A stretch of DNA of 64,000 nucleotides, taken from assembly GCF_006345805.1 (NCBI RefSeq), contig NC_042998.1, positions 75,206,001 through 75,270,000 of the forward strand, in the 5' to 3' direction. A model generated the notes under the pieces. That model was not told where the DNA came from and searched no databases. It saw nothing but the letters and a program-made list of their open reading frames with translations. Positions within the stretch are counted from its first letter, which is position 1, and each line of letters starts with the position of its first letter. The translations under genes were made by a program, and so were the position numbers. The stretch is from Octopus sinensis (Eukaryota). Below are positions 51,311 to 64,000 of the stretch, piece after piece.

Positions 51311-52639
51311 AAAATCCTATATGTAGTGTTTATGAATTTGATATGCCTGAATCCAATGAAAAGAATGTTGCTTTAATAGAAGACAAATAACACACACATG
51401 CATATCACGCACACACGTACACACATATGCATATCTATAATATACATTATGATTTATGTTATATATATATGTACGTATGTATAGCTATGCGTACATACAT
51501 ATGTACCTACACGCACACACGTACATGTATGTATGTATATGTGTGTATGTGCGTGTGTGTGTGTGTGTGTATGCATATATGTATGTATAATAAAAATTCT
51601 TTTGACTGTCTTCATCTATGTGTATTTCATACTTTGCAGAAGACTCGTATACAGATATATGAATCAGTCAGTTTCATACTTTTTTTTACATCAATCATTA
51701 TATAATGGTGTTATAAGATGCTTTTTTCCTCAAGAAGTACATCTATAGCATTGTGAAGTAGCTTTTTCTGTTAAATGTAACACCTCGCTGAAATTCAGTA
51801 TTAAATAAAACACATTCAATTTACTGACGGACTTTGCTGAGAAGTGTTGGGTATAACAAAATCTGTATAATATGGAGGAGCATTACTCAATGCATTTCGT
51901 TGCAAATCTTTGCCTTCTGAGTTCGAATAATCTTAGTGTTAAATTTTCCTCTTATCTTACCTATAAACGATAACGTTAAAACAAAAAAATCTGAGGGTTA
52001 TTAACCAGTCGGGATTGCCATCAACTACGCTGAATGTTCACCAGGACTGATACACAAATGTAATTGATTTACTCTGAGTTTCTCTTGGTTTGTAGCTTAT
52101 TTAATTGGTGGTGGTTGCATATGTATGAAGTAATGATCTGCCAATGTGTTTAGTACTTACTCAAGATGTGTTAAAGAAAAATCAGTGCCTTGTCGTTTAA
52201 AGATGTGTTGTTTCAAAGCTAATTGTTTTAGGATCGAGTATCAGGATTGTATTGTCGAAGAGAGAATCAGGAGAAACACCAATGCAGATTTGGCCCTATA
52301 GTAGCAGAAAATTGCACGAAATATTCAATTGCAAATGATTCAGTCGCTGCGTGGTAGTGTTGCTATCGAGGGAAACAAAAAAAGTTGTTTGAGATTTCAA
52401 AACATCACCAAAAATGTTTAGAAATATAAAGCAATGAGGTTACTTTAGGCGCTCGATCGACTTACCAGAAAAGTTTTCCATCTTTCCATCAGTCTAAGGT
52501 CTTAAGAAAGCGATATAGTCATCAGCTCAGAGCTAACTCGAGGTAAAATTGCAGAAATAAGAACTTAAGAATAATGCTAGTGAAATACCATGGCTAGCCG
52601 ATAAAAGGGTAACTATTCGAAATGTTTGATGAATTTCTT

Positions 52640-52975
52640 TTCTACTCTAGGCACAAGGCCAAAATTTTGGCAGGAAGGGCTCAGTCGATTAGATCGAGCC
52701 TAGGATGCAATTGGTACTTAATTTATCGACCTCGAAAGGATGAAAGGCAAAGTCGACCTCGGCGGAATTTGAACTCAGAACATAAAGTCAAACGAAATGC
52801 CTATTTCTTTACTACCCACAATGGGCTAAACACAGAGGGGACAAACAAGGACAGACACACGGATTAAGTCGATTACATCGACCTCGGCGGAATTTGAACT
52901 CAGAGCGTAGCGGCAGACGAAATACCGCTCAGCATTTCGCCCGACGTGCTAACGTTTCTGACAGCTCGCCGCCTG
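52640..52975 (-). mobile_element. Two adjacent Nin-core SINE pieces
   Basis: A fragment at 52640-52790 is followed by a copy at 52800-52975 with an internal deletion relative to 29077-29308. Confidence 0.85.
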
Positions 52976-54489
52976 AAATGGTTGATAAATATGCGAAATC
53001 ACTAGCTATAGATAAAAAAAATCATTGGCATGCTGCTGAAGGAATTTTTTGTACTTGAAAACCATAAACTTTTATCAGCATTAGGAAGCTTTTCTATGAA
53101 AAATTCCTTTTTGCTGTTGAACAGCTCGTTCTAGAAATTTGGAAGGAATCAATGACGGTTTGCAAACTTCAAGGATTTACTCATCGAGTAATTCTATTAT
53201 AGCTGAAACCACACCCGCGCTACTTCCTAAACCTAGTTTGAGTGTAGTACCGACAACCACTAGATGATTTCCCAGTTCATATTAAACTTGAATACCTACT
53301 GGTTATATTTGTAGAGAATATTTATATATTTGTTGGTGAGACGCAGTTCTAAATTATCATAATTTTTAGAATACAGGCAGGTTTGGCTAAATTATTTAAT
53401 ACACACACACACACACACAGATATATATATGATAAAGAATTACGATTGAAAGTGAGTCTTCTTTTTCTGCGATCTTAGGTCCGGTCATCTCCCAGCGAAT
53501 TATTATTCCTTTTTTTTTAAGACATTAGAGCGAGAAAAAGTTTAGTTTAGTGGTAGACAGATTGCTGTACTTGTCCATTGCATTGTTCATCGCGGTTGCG
53601 ATGGAACAGCCGTATGGTATGTAACAAAACAAATAGCTAGGATCTTATTCCACAGATCCATAGCTTTAAAGAATCTATATCACCGCTTAGCTCGTGATAG
53701 CATCATATTTCGTTATTTTGTCGTCGACAGATGTGGTGTAGTTTCAGTTGAGTAGATTCTTCTTTGAGCAGGTAATACATCTGTGCATTTTTGTTTAGTC
53801 ACAAACAAGGTAGACTTGATCAGAACATGAGATTTGCAGTTAATTTGCATTTATTATTAGTTATCTGCAGCACAACAAAGTGATTATTTTCAACAAGTTC
53901 CTTAGGCTGGCCTAGCTTTATAAACTGCTGTAACTGATATTGACCTTACGAGGGTGGGTATTATTGCAGTATCTCTATATTTTGAAGAGAAAACTCCATG
54001 GGATACCTTATTTTATTTGGTTTACTTCTTTCTGCAATATACCCAGGAAATTTTCAATTTTTAAATATTTTTGTCTGTGTAAACGCTGTGAGAGTATACT
54101 TAATGTGTAACTTGCAGGGATACGAATTTCAGTTTCCTGCTGTTTGTAGTGTCTGATATTGTTGGCTTCTTCTCTTAAACGCCAAGCTTACGAGGGATGT
54201 TTATTTGTGCGTCCTTTCGTTCACACGGGATATGAATAGTACAAGGATTTTGGTAATTTCCAATATGTATTTATGTGTGTGTGTGAATGTGTGTATGTGT
54301 GTGCGAGCGTGCGTGCGCGCGTGTATGTGTGTTTCAGTGGGCATGTGTGTGCGCGTTTTGTGTGCGCGCGTGTGTGTGTTTATCTGCATGTAATATTTTT
54401 ACGTGAATGTGTACATTTTATTGTATGAATGTTACACCGAAACTAATGCAAAAATAGGCGTAATTTTTTTAATATTTTAATTGATGTTT

Positions 54490-55420
54490 CGTGATAGTAT
54501 TATACCTCTTTCTATGTACAAAGCTACTACTTCAAAATTGTCTCATTCAAAATCTATGCAGTTACGCCATCACTGAGACCAACTCTCAAAATCCCTTTGA
54601 AACAATTCAGGTGTGCACTGTTGCACGCACCTTTTCACTGCTAATTTCACCTTGTGGTGTCAACAAATTGTTGTCACTGAAGCCTTTCTTTCACTGAAAG
54701 GAAATGGTTGAGTTGGAGAGTGCGCCAGAGCAGCATTTGTATGAGGGATAGGGAACCACTAACCAGTACAATTGGTTTGCTTTATTCGTTGCAAAAGATG
54801 AGTTGTTGCGCATTTTCAAGGTGAATTTGGATTGTTTCAAGATTCTTCTTCAGTCTGTTCCCCCTAATAGCATCTCTGAGCATTTTATGTGTATCAAGAT
54901 AACACTTTCTTTCATGATACAGGTATGTTCTAGAAAATTAAGGAATATTACTTTCTTGTCATTCCAAAACGCTTTTTGTGCCAATAGCTGGTTCTCAAAC
55001 TTCTTAGACGTTGACGAAGACGTGTGACACCTTTCAATGAACATAGATTTCGTTACCGAATCATAAAGTTACGCCCACGTTTCCTTGACTCTATGTGACA
55101 ATATATGAAAAACAAAAAGCGTCTCTTCATTGGATGAAAACGCTTTTACCAAATCCGAGCAGATCTCCACCCTACTCCTTCCTCCAAATAATGTATCAAC
55201 TGCAGTGTTACCTATTTGCACAACCTTTCGGATGCTTAATGTCTCCCACCACCTTTTGCAATGCACTCTGTCCATAGTCCAATTGTGCAGCGCGCTCGTA
55301 GATTATGATACATCTGTCTGTGAGAATCAATTCGTTCACTGGGAGTTACAGTTAATGGTGTTCCACTGCGGCGTTTGTCTTGAATGCTGGTTTCATGTTC
55401 TTTAAGAAATTTCCTTCCTC
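54490..55420 (-). mobile_element. Decayed mariner transposase, most of the ORF
   Basis: Reads SIQDKRRSG.P, KETWA*LYDS for DETW..YD, KKFEN...AFWNDKKVIFLNFLE, PYP-SY for HPPYS, then FSEDNNL. Confidence 0.8.
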
Positions 55421-55939
55421 AAAAATTCAATAACGAAATTTGAATGTGTTTGGTATCTATCATTTGTCATTGTTTATCAGTTATACCTACTTTCTGTAGA
55501 ACACTTTTATCTAATACTACCTACGAGATAAACTGATGAAGTAGTTGGAGATGGAACATTAAGGCTGTAATTTGGGTGAGCGCTTCCTATATAATCGGAG
55601 AGTTCTTCCTTGAAAACGGTGGAAAGATTTGACTATGAAGTAAGTTTTCTGTGTCAACAACTGAGCCTCAACAGGTATGGTCCACATGCTAGAAATAGCA
55701 ACCAAATATCAAAATCCATACTTCTATAATAATAATGAATGAATATTACTGGATAACCTTAGATAAAAGGTCGGAAAAGAAGCATAGATAATCACAAGTG
55801 GAGTGTTGCTTAAGGGACAGTTTCTTTGATGAGAAGAGCTGTAATCGTTAAAGCAACAGTAGATGAGACAGAAGTATGAGGCATTACGTGTGTTATCACT
55901 GCTCTTGGTGTTAATCCCCAAGACAAATGTCATTGGGCA

Positions 55940-56230
55940 GATCTTTTATAAATGGTATATCGGCCGTTACCAACCCACATTTTAGGTGTATCTAGAACAA
56001 TATTCCCTGCGTCAGTTTGTTTCCTATGCCCTTAGGATATACATGAATTTCACTGTCTCACTTTCTTGATTATGCCCAGACAATATACTTCAATTGCACT
56101 GTCTAGACACAGTGAAAAGTTTAATATCTTGTGTGAAAAGGTAATATTTGCCTGGTGATCTACAGTAATTGCATTTTGAAAATAGTAAGGCATTATGTCA
56201 AATCACTTTTGAATAATGTTCTACATGTCA
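55940..56230 (-). mobile_element. Possible decayed R4/Dong RT scrap
   Basis: YLFTQDIKLF resembles HLFYMDDLKLY, with a GIG..L....KC-like segment downstream. Confidence 0.3.
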
Positions 56231-56639
56231 TTTCTGACAGAAGCCTGAGGCTATTAAATTTGTTATAGTCAATAAGTTACCAAGTGTCATGCATTCAGAT
56301 ATTATTAAATATAGGTTGCATCATTTTGGATATATGCTTAAAAAGCATGCATTAGCTTTATGTGTCATTCAATTGTACATATGTATGTTTATGAACATTC
56401 TAGTAGAGCGTTCACATGCGATAACATATCTTTTTTTAAGGCTACAGGTAATGTGCCTGAAGTATTGTTACTTACTTGTACATAATGTCAGGTTTTTGGC
56501 GTTCCAAATTAAAATAGCAATAAAATATTATACCATGATAAAAAAAATTACAGTGAATTTGTGTGCTCGTGTAAGTATTTGGAAGTATGTGTGTGTGTAC
56601 ATGCATGTAGATAATATATATATATACATAAGTGTGCAG

Positions 56640-56840
56640 GGATATGGACATATATATGTATGAGTATGAATTATTTATGTGCACCTGTATCCACACACAC
56701 ACATATATACATACATATATACATACATACACACATACATACCTACATACATACATACATACATACATACATACATACATACATACATACATACATACAT
56801 ACATGCATACATACATACATGCATACATACATACATGCAC
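56640..56840. repeat. (TACA)n microsatellite
   Basis: Read directly from the sequence. Confidence 0.97.
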
Positions 56841-57699
56841 TGCATGATGCATAAATGTAGTCTTTCATCGTTGAAAAGAAAGTCGTGGGTATTAAAAACC
56901 CAAATAGATTTTTTTTTTAATTCATGTTATGATTATATAACAGAGTAGATGATTAACTTAATATGTTCGTACGCAAAAAGGTAATTTCGAGATTTCTCAT
57001 TAAATATCACAAATATATTTTATATAAATTTCTTTTAATATTCTAATATTACATTTAAATCTTATGCTAGTGTTTTATGTCAGGAATCCATAACATTTGA
57101 AGTTACACGATGCCGTTTTTAAAAAAAACTGCTCGGCAAAAAAATTCCATTAGGATTTAAGACTTTAAGTATCTCATAAATTTGTTTGAATTTTGAAGAT
57201 CAAAGAAACCTTAAAGTCTTAATGTGACTATCCATCAATATCCAAGTATATTGACTAAATTAATACGCAGCAACCTATTTTCTCTGCAACTTAAATTAAT
57301 ATAGCAAATATTTTTCAACTCTTTTATAACTTAATCTTTATAAATCTTAATCAATTTACTCTTATAGAAAATATTGATTATTTCTTTAATGTATGCAAGG
57401 TAAAAATCTCCAAAATATTTTACTTTAAATTAAGCTGGTTGCCAAACTGATTTTAAACGGTTATACAACATAAAGATATATTGGTTGCCGATAATTCAAA
57501 AGACGAGAACGACATCAACTCCAGACAGTATAAAAAGGGAATATATTCAAAATTATTAATCAAATTTTCACATTAATTTTAATTAAGAATTTAGTGAAAC
57601 CTTAATAGTAGTTTTCATATTGGCGAATTACATGATAATCTATGTACTGAAAGCTATATTTAATATGAAATACTCCTATAAGGCATGCAGTGAATAATG

Positions 57700-57780
57700 T
57701 ACATACATACATACATACATACATACATACATACATACATACATACATACATACATACATACATACATACATACATACAA
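57700..57780. repeat. (TACA)n microsatellite
   Basis: Read directly from the sequence. Confidence 0.98.
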
Positions 57781-58989
57781 TATAATGAAAGAATCGTTTG
57801 CTACGAAATTTCTGTAATCATTCTGCTAAAAAATTATGCTCATAAAATTTAGTTTCCAGTATTTCAATATACTGAGAATGGCACCATAATGGGAGATGAA
57901 AGTGCACGTAACATATATGACATGAAAATGTTGATCTTAATTGGTGTAAAACTGTATATACAAACATCTTTCACGAGATTGTTTTATATATTGAGAAAAA
58001 TCTATCAATAACCTAGATGTAAGCCTTCAAATGTTAATGTGCCAATTAAGTTTTTCACGGTTATATTTTATTAACGATGAATATGACCGAAATCTGTTTT
58101 CATGACACCTGACTGACGTATGAAATGCAGCATATAGCAAACAAATTAAGTGAATCCCGTATCAAAATTGAAACTAATTAATTTAATTAAAGTAATGTTA
58201 ATATATTTACGACAAGGACCAATAAAATATAACTAAAAATAATTAACCAAAGAGGGAAAAAAATATTTGTCTGCAACTAATAATATATTCATTTAACTGA
58301 AGTTTCAAGAGAGACAATTCCAGGCACGTTTGAGTACTAATATAATCTTATAAGCAGAGAATAATTACTATGTTAGCCATTGTACTAGAAGTGCTTTTTT
58401 CTTTCGTGTGGGTATAATCATTTTATAAGTATTGTAAATTACTAGAAAAGATATTAAATATCAGAAAACAGAGCTGATAAAATTGCATTTCACATCTATG
58501 CCAACTAAAATCATTTAGTAAAAATATAGATAATGTTGGTAAAAATAAGGATATATTGAATTCGAAATTTTAATGCCCTACTTCACCAACTATTTTTGTC
58601 ATGTTATAAAAATATAAAAAGAAAATAACCTGATCATTACGATATGAAATAATATTCGAACGGGTTGTATTCATTAACCTTCATGCTGTTGGTAAGACTG
58701 TTCAGAAGCTACATATCTCAAAGGAAAAGGCTGAATCGTTACAGCATCGAACACATTGCTTTGCAGATTGATTCCGACATTTGATGTTCTATTCAAATCT
58801 TGCTGGAGTTAACTTTGCATTTCATCGTTCCAGAACAGGTAAAATAAAATACCAGTCAAATATTAGAGTCAAAGTAATAGACTACGCGCACCCCATCATA
58901 GATAAAAACATTTCAGGAATTGTACCTCTATTAGAAATTATCAGAATAAGAGATAATTGAAATCAGTTATGAAAACTTTATTTCGATTT

Positions 58990-59195
58990 CAAATTTTCAC
59001 CCAAGGCAAGCAAGTTTGGATAAAGGTGTTAGTCGTTTACATCGACCATGGTGCTCAACTGGTACTTATATTATTGACCGTGAAGGGATGAAAATCAAAG
59101 TTGACATCGGCGGAATTTGAATTGAGAACATAAAGACGAACGAAATGCCGCTAAGCGCATTTGTCCGGAGTGCTAACGATCCTCCCAGCTAAGCG
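58990..59195 (-). mobile_element. Decayed Nin-core SINE
   Basis: Colinear with 29077-29308. Confidence 0.8.
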
Positions 59196-60364
59196 TTTTA
59201 AAGTTTACTTATATTAAAAGTTTAATTAATTTCAAGAATCTAGGGACTAACCTTTACGGATTTTCAATTCATAGAAGCAATCTCACAAATTTCGTTCGAA
59301 AAATAAATCAATGTTTTTATTTCTTTCCCATTTAACTCTAATTTCATTACTAGGCTTTAGATAATATTTTTCGTTCGTCGTGGATTTAAATATAATAATA
59401 TAGTCATTTTTTCATCGTTAATTTGGAATTTTTTGAGAATACTGAACTTTGCCGAGGAAGACAAAATTATGTCTGATATCGCCACCCAGAAATGCCCAGC
59501 CCCGACCCGACTATGCGAAAATAATTTTAGGTTAATATGGTTTATTTGCAAACCACATAATTTATTTCGTAATTATTTCTAGAAGACACTTAAATTCTGT
59601 TCGAGTTAAACATATAAATATTATTCCTTTCTACTCTAGGCACAAGGCCCGAAAATATATACATATTATTATAGCATAAATGAGTAATGTTTGCTTATCA
59701 TAAATATTTGAATGACTCAGATTTTTATATATTAAATTGTCCATTAACGCAGAAAGATTTTGGCTGGTACATTTTTAGCTTTAAAAAATACAACAACAGC
59801 AGAAATTATACCGTAAATGAGGAATACGTTACCAGCTTGATTATCTACAAGATAAGCTTCGTCATTCATCGAGTTAATTGTTCCAGCAATGTTACTCTCA
59901 AAGTTTCCAGCTCTCTACCAAACTAAAAACAAACTCCGACTCTGCGACCGTATAGAACTATTATTAACCTCTTAGATGTGTTGAACTAAAAGAATGTATT
60001 GTTTATTGTTTCCTGCTCATAAGAACAACATTTCCAGCTTAGGTGAAGTGAGAGAAGGAATATCTACAACTTGAGAGGCAAAATCATATCAAAGTTCTGT
60101 CTGGTAGTTTGTTGTTGTCATTTGTGTTTTTACACAGTCAGATTCTTACTTCGAGATACCCAGTTTATGGCATAGAGAAGTGTTAAGAATAATATATCCA
60201 CCTTTATGATGCACACACAGAGAGACAAATACATGTACCTACAGATACATAACAGCTGTAGTTGTCTTTTACTTGAAATGTAAACAAACACCGGCTTGAA
60301 AGGTTTTAGTTTAAAAACGTCTATCCTAATACTTCCTTAGTTCTGGTTCGTATTCTATCGGGCT

Positions 60365-60650
60365 CATTGGCCGAACTACTAAGTTACGGTTACGTAAATA
60401 AACGACAACTGTTTTCAAGTGATTGTAGGAGACAAACACAAACACAACTTACTCATACATGTATACACACACACTCGCGCACACGCACACACACTCAGAT
60501 ATATACGACAGGCTGCTTCTTCCACATTCCCCTGACAAATCCATTCATAAAGCTTTGGTTCGCCAGCGTCAACAGTAGAAGTCACTTGCTCAGAACCCAG
60601 CAGTGGGACTGAACCTGAAAACATGTCGAAAACAACCTTCTTACAACACA
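60365..60650 (-). mobile_element. Decayed SINE with internal CA tract
   Basis: Same family as 40190-40490. Confidence 0.7.
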
Positions 60651-61924
60651 TACCTGCACTCAAACACACAGACATATACATACATACATATACGTGTGCA
60701 TGCATAAATATATATATATATATGAGTGTTTGTGTGTGTGCATACGTGTTCGTGTATACGTATCTTTGCGCGCGTGCGCGTGGAACAAGACCGAACACAA
60801 TCAAAGCGCAATGGTTGGAGCCAGCAAAGTCGTTATAATGAATATTAATAATATAAAAAGCGTATCCTTATTATATTCCCGCCCAGTATAAGTACAAACG
60901 AATACTTCCATTCTTGTATTTGAAGTTGTGGCCTTACTAATTGTAATCATTGTTCAAAGGATTTCTTCCCCCATAATCACTTCTCCAATAAGGAACTATG
61001 CTTATTTTGTCACATAATAAATTTAATTATTTCGATTATCTAGCCTACGTTAGATTACAATGAAGATAACATGAATATATGTATATAATATATTTTTATA
61101 AGCACAACTTCCTAATACTGTTAATGTCATCGAGTTGTATTCGTTACGAAAGGCATCGATGTAGGAGTAGAACGTAAAACCGCATTGTACATTCACATGT
61201 GTGAGTTAGGTATGAGATAGGGAAGTGTGTGGAAATTAGACACATAATTTCTCCAACATCAAATCTCTTAAGTCCTTTTAAATTATGAAATCAGTATGCC
61301 GCTGAAGATGTGCATCAAACGAATTATCAAATTAAACTCTATTCCCATGAGTTAAATCCAGAAATAATGACATATAATATCTTATCTTATGAACTGCTCC
61401 GTTCCGACATTAGATTGCGTAGTTTTACTACATAATTCCAAGTAATTTTGACATCTATCTGACATCAATTCTCTAATCAATAGAACTAAGTTATCAGTAT
61501 CGCTATACATATATTTCTGAGATAAAATTAAGAGACAGATTGAGTTAGCAGCACAAATATTAGTTATTATTTAGTTTTGTTTCTGTGAGTTTAAGGTTCA
61601 AATTTCACCAGTTTTGAATAATGCTAGCATCACTTTGATTACGATATTACCAAGCATTTAATCTATAAAATCTATTTATTTTTATATCTTATGACTTTAT
61701 AAGAACTCTTCTTGGATAATAATTGGCAGAAATTGACTTGAGAACTTCACTGTAACAAATAAGCAATGACGTAGTCAAGGACAAATTATAAATGTCTGAG
61801 CTCGAAAACCATCATGTATATCTATACTGGATATATTCCGTTCCAGTGCCATTATACAATTGACCTTGACTGATGCAACTATATTTCATTCATCTTAGTT
61901 TTACCCTACTTGTCTCATACATTA

Positions 61925-62395
61925 AAAATGAATCCTAAAGCCTTCTACGACTTTGCGACAGAATCCACCTCGGTGCAAGATAGGTCCAGAGTTTGAAGAA
62001 GATGGTTTGCTAACTGCAAGCCCCAGGGAGGAGCCAGCTCACACAGCTACTAAAGCATTACGACTGGGTACTGAAACAGCAGATCAACCAATTTATTGTA
62101 GATGTGATATATCTCGACTTTGCCAACACCTTTAATAATGTTGGTCACGGGACGATATGTCACAAACTGTGTGACCTTGGTATCGTTTGAAAACTAGGAG
62201 CGTAAATGCATGACGTTTTAAAGGATAGAAGAGAGACAGTTGCAGGCAACGGTGCTCTCCCTAAGTAGACATCAATTCGCAGCAGAGTGCCTCACGAGAC
62301 TGTACTGGGACCACAACTGTTTCTGGTTGCTCTTTCAGGCATGACTCAACAATACAGTCAGCCACGATTACGCTGATAATACAAAAGTATCACTC
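61925..62395 (+). mobile_element. CR1-clade LINE ORF2 fragment, internally deleted
   Basis: NPKAFYDF...IGP is joined to TQLLKHYDWV...VDVIYLDFANTFNNVGHG, then RVPHETVLGPQLFL and YADNTKV. Confidence 0.85.
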
Positions 62396-62608
62396 CTGTG
62401 ATATGGTGTTATGGATATGGCAACCCATTAGTTCGAATTCTTATTTCAAGGTGTATTTCCAGGACCACGTGCCATGAATGGATTTAGATTGTCGATGACA
62501 TCAGCTCATTTATCCAGAAGTCACCTCGAGATAAATTCATATAATGAGCTTATTAAATTTTAAGTCGCATTCAGCCGTATCAGACTGTTATTAGGCTATA
62601 TTTATATA

Positions 62609-62666
<58 letters not shown>

Positions 62667-62675
<9 letters not shown>

Positions 62676-63274
62676 GAGGGTACTACTATTCATAGATACC
62701 GCACGCTAGGAGGGGCCCTTGCGACCATAACTACTAAAATAAACAAACTGTACCGAATGCAAAACTTCAAAGCAAGTCATTTAAAAAAAGAATTTAGTTA
62801 CATATCACTTGTGATTTCGCAATTAATACAGAATATGCATTCTATGCTCATCAGTGCAACAAACTCAAGACATATAAGAAAAAAACATAACATTACAAAC
62901 CCGACAGCCAACCGTAGAATTCGTCGTAGCATGTACGAATGTTTATCTTTACATATCTATGAAAATGGCCGGCTTATTCGCAATGCATTTCGGTTACAAA
63001 TTGCTTACTCGGAACAAAAATTCAGTATTGAACTATTCCGGTGAAAAATATAAATTTAAAATTGAGGATAAAATCTTTATAAAAAATTATCAGTAGTTAG
63101 CGTGAAAAACCTCGTAAGAGAAAAATCCGTAAATTTTTCCACTTTGAAAATATTTATTTATATTATATAGAGGGTACTACTATTCATAGATACCGCACGC
63201 TAGGAGGGGCCCTTGCAGCCATAACTACTAAAATAAACAAACTGTACCGAATGCAAAACTTCAAAGCAAGTCAT
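62667..63274. repeat. 114-bp near-identical direct repeat with 494-bp period (62667-62780 and 63161-63274)
   Basis: The copies differ only at GCGACC versus GCAGCC. Confidence 0.95.
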
Positions 63275-63450
63275 GTATGTATGTATATGTATATATATAT
63301 ACATACATGCATTTATATATATATATATATATGTGTGTGTGTATCTATGTATACATATATACATACATGCATACACCTTTGTATATATATTTATAGAGAT
63401 AGAGAAAGAGGAGACAGGGAGCGAGATAGATTGTGATAGATAGATGTATT

Positions 63451-63514
<64 letters not shown>

Positions 63515-63569
63515 CTGCATATATACAACATACACACAAACACACACGTGCTCATATATATATTTATAA

Positions 63570-63600
<31 letters not shown>

Positions 63601-63925
63601 ATTATATATATATATATATATATATTCATAAGAATGGCTTGTTCGCTTCAAAAATTCGTTTCGGTACCACTTTGAATGAAGCTGCACTGGTGTGGTTACC
63701 TAGGATGAACTCAAAATGGAATAGAAGCAACATGATGCAACCAAATGTCAGAAGCTAGCATATGTGTGCAGTAGAAACAGACATATTTTATGTATGTATG
63801 TATGTATGTATTATGTATGTATGTATGTATGTATGTATGTATGTATGTATGTATGTATGTATGCATGTATGTATGTATGTTGTATGTATGTATGTATGTA
63901 TGTATGTATGTATGTATGTATGTAT
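63275..63925. repeat. (TA)n and (TATG)n microsatellite cluster
   Basis: Read directly. A short non-repetitive stretch lies at about 63630-63785. Confidence 0.93.
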
Positions 63926-64000
63926 AATCTTGGAAAACTATATGTAGATATACGCCCGTTGAATGTATCATTTAATGTAGTTTATTTTTTGTATAGAATT

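Overview
This is animal genomic DNA, very probably from an octopus or related cephalopod. That assignment is an inference from the SINE families and the very dense (TA)n, (GATA)n, (TACA)n and (TG)n microsatellites. I found no convincing host protein-coding exon. Almost every ORF in the supplied track is a microsatellite translation or an antisense reading of a dead transposon. The window is a layered deposit of decayed mobile elements: R4/Dong-type REL retrotransposons, RTE and CR1 LINE pieces, a nearly full-length Naiad-like Penelope-like element (PLE) with inverted and direct pLTRs, a second Penelope-type fragment, four Tc1/mariner relics, non-autonomous Helitrons and many tRNA-derived SINEs. 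Three observations stand out. (1) Some retroelement copies show a TpA-rich, CpA/TpG-poor, CpG-retaining decay resembling fungal RIP, while similarly broken mariners do not. (2) An unspliced, intron-containing tRNA-Met(CAT) fused to a SINE tail has inserted with a 15-bp target-site duplication, and the empty site is visible in the opposite arm of a local palindrome. (3) There are three distinct hammerhead-ribozyme families, one with a compensated U3-A8 core, all with U at the cleavage site. All translations, folds and counts were done by eye, so most element boundaries are approximate.
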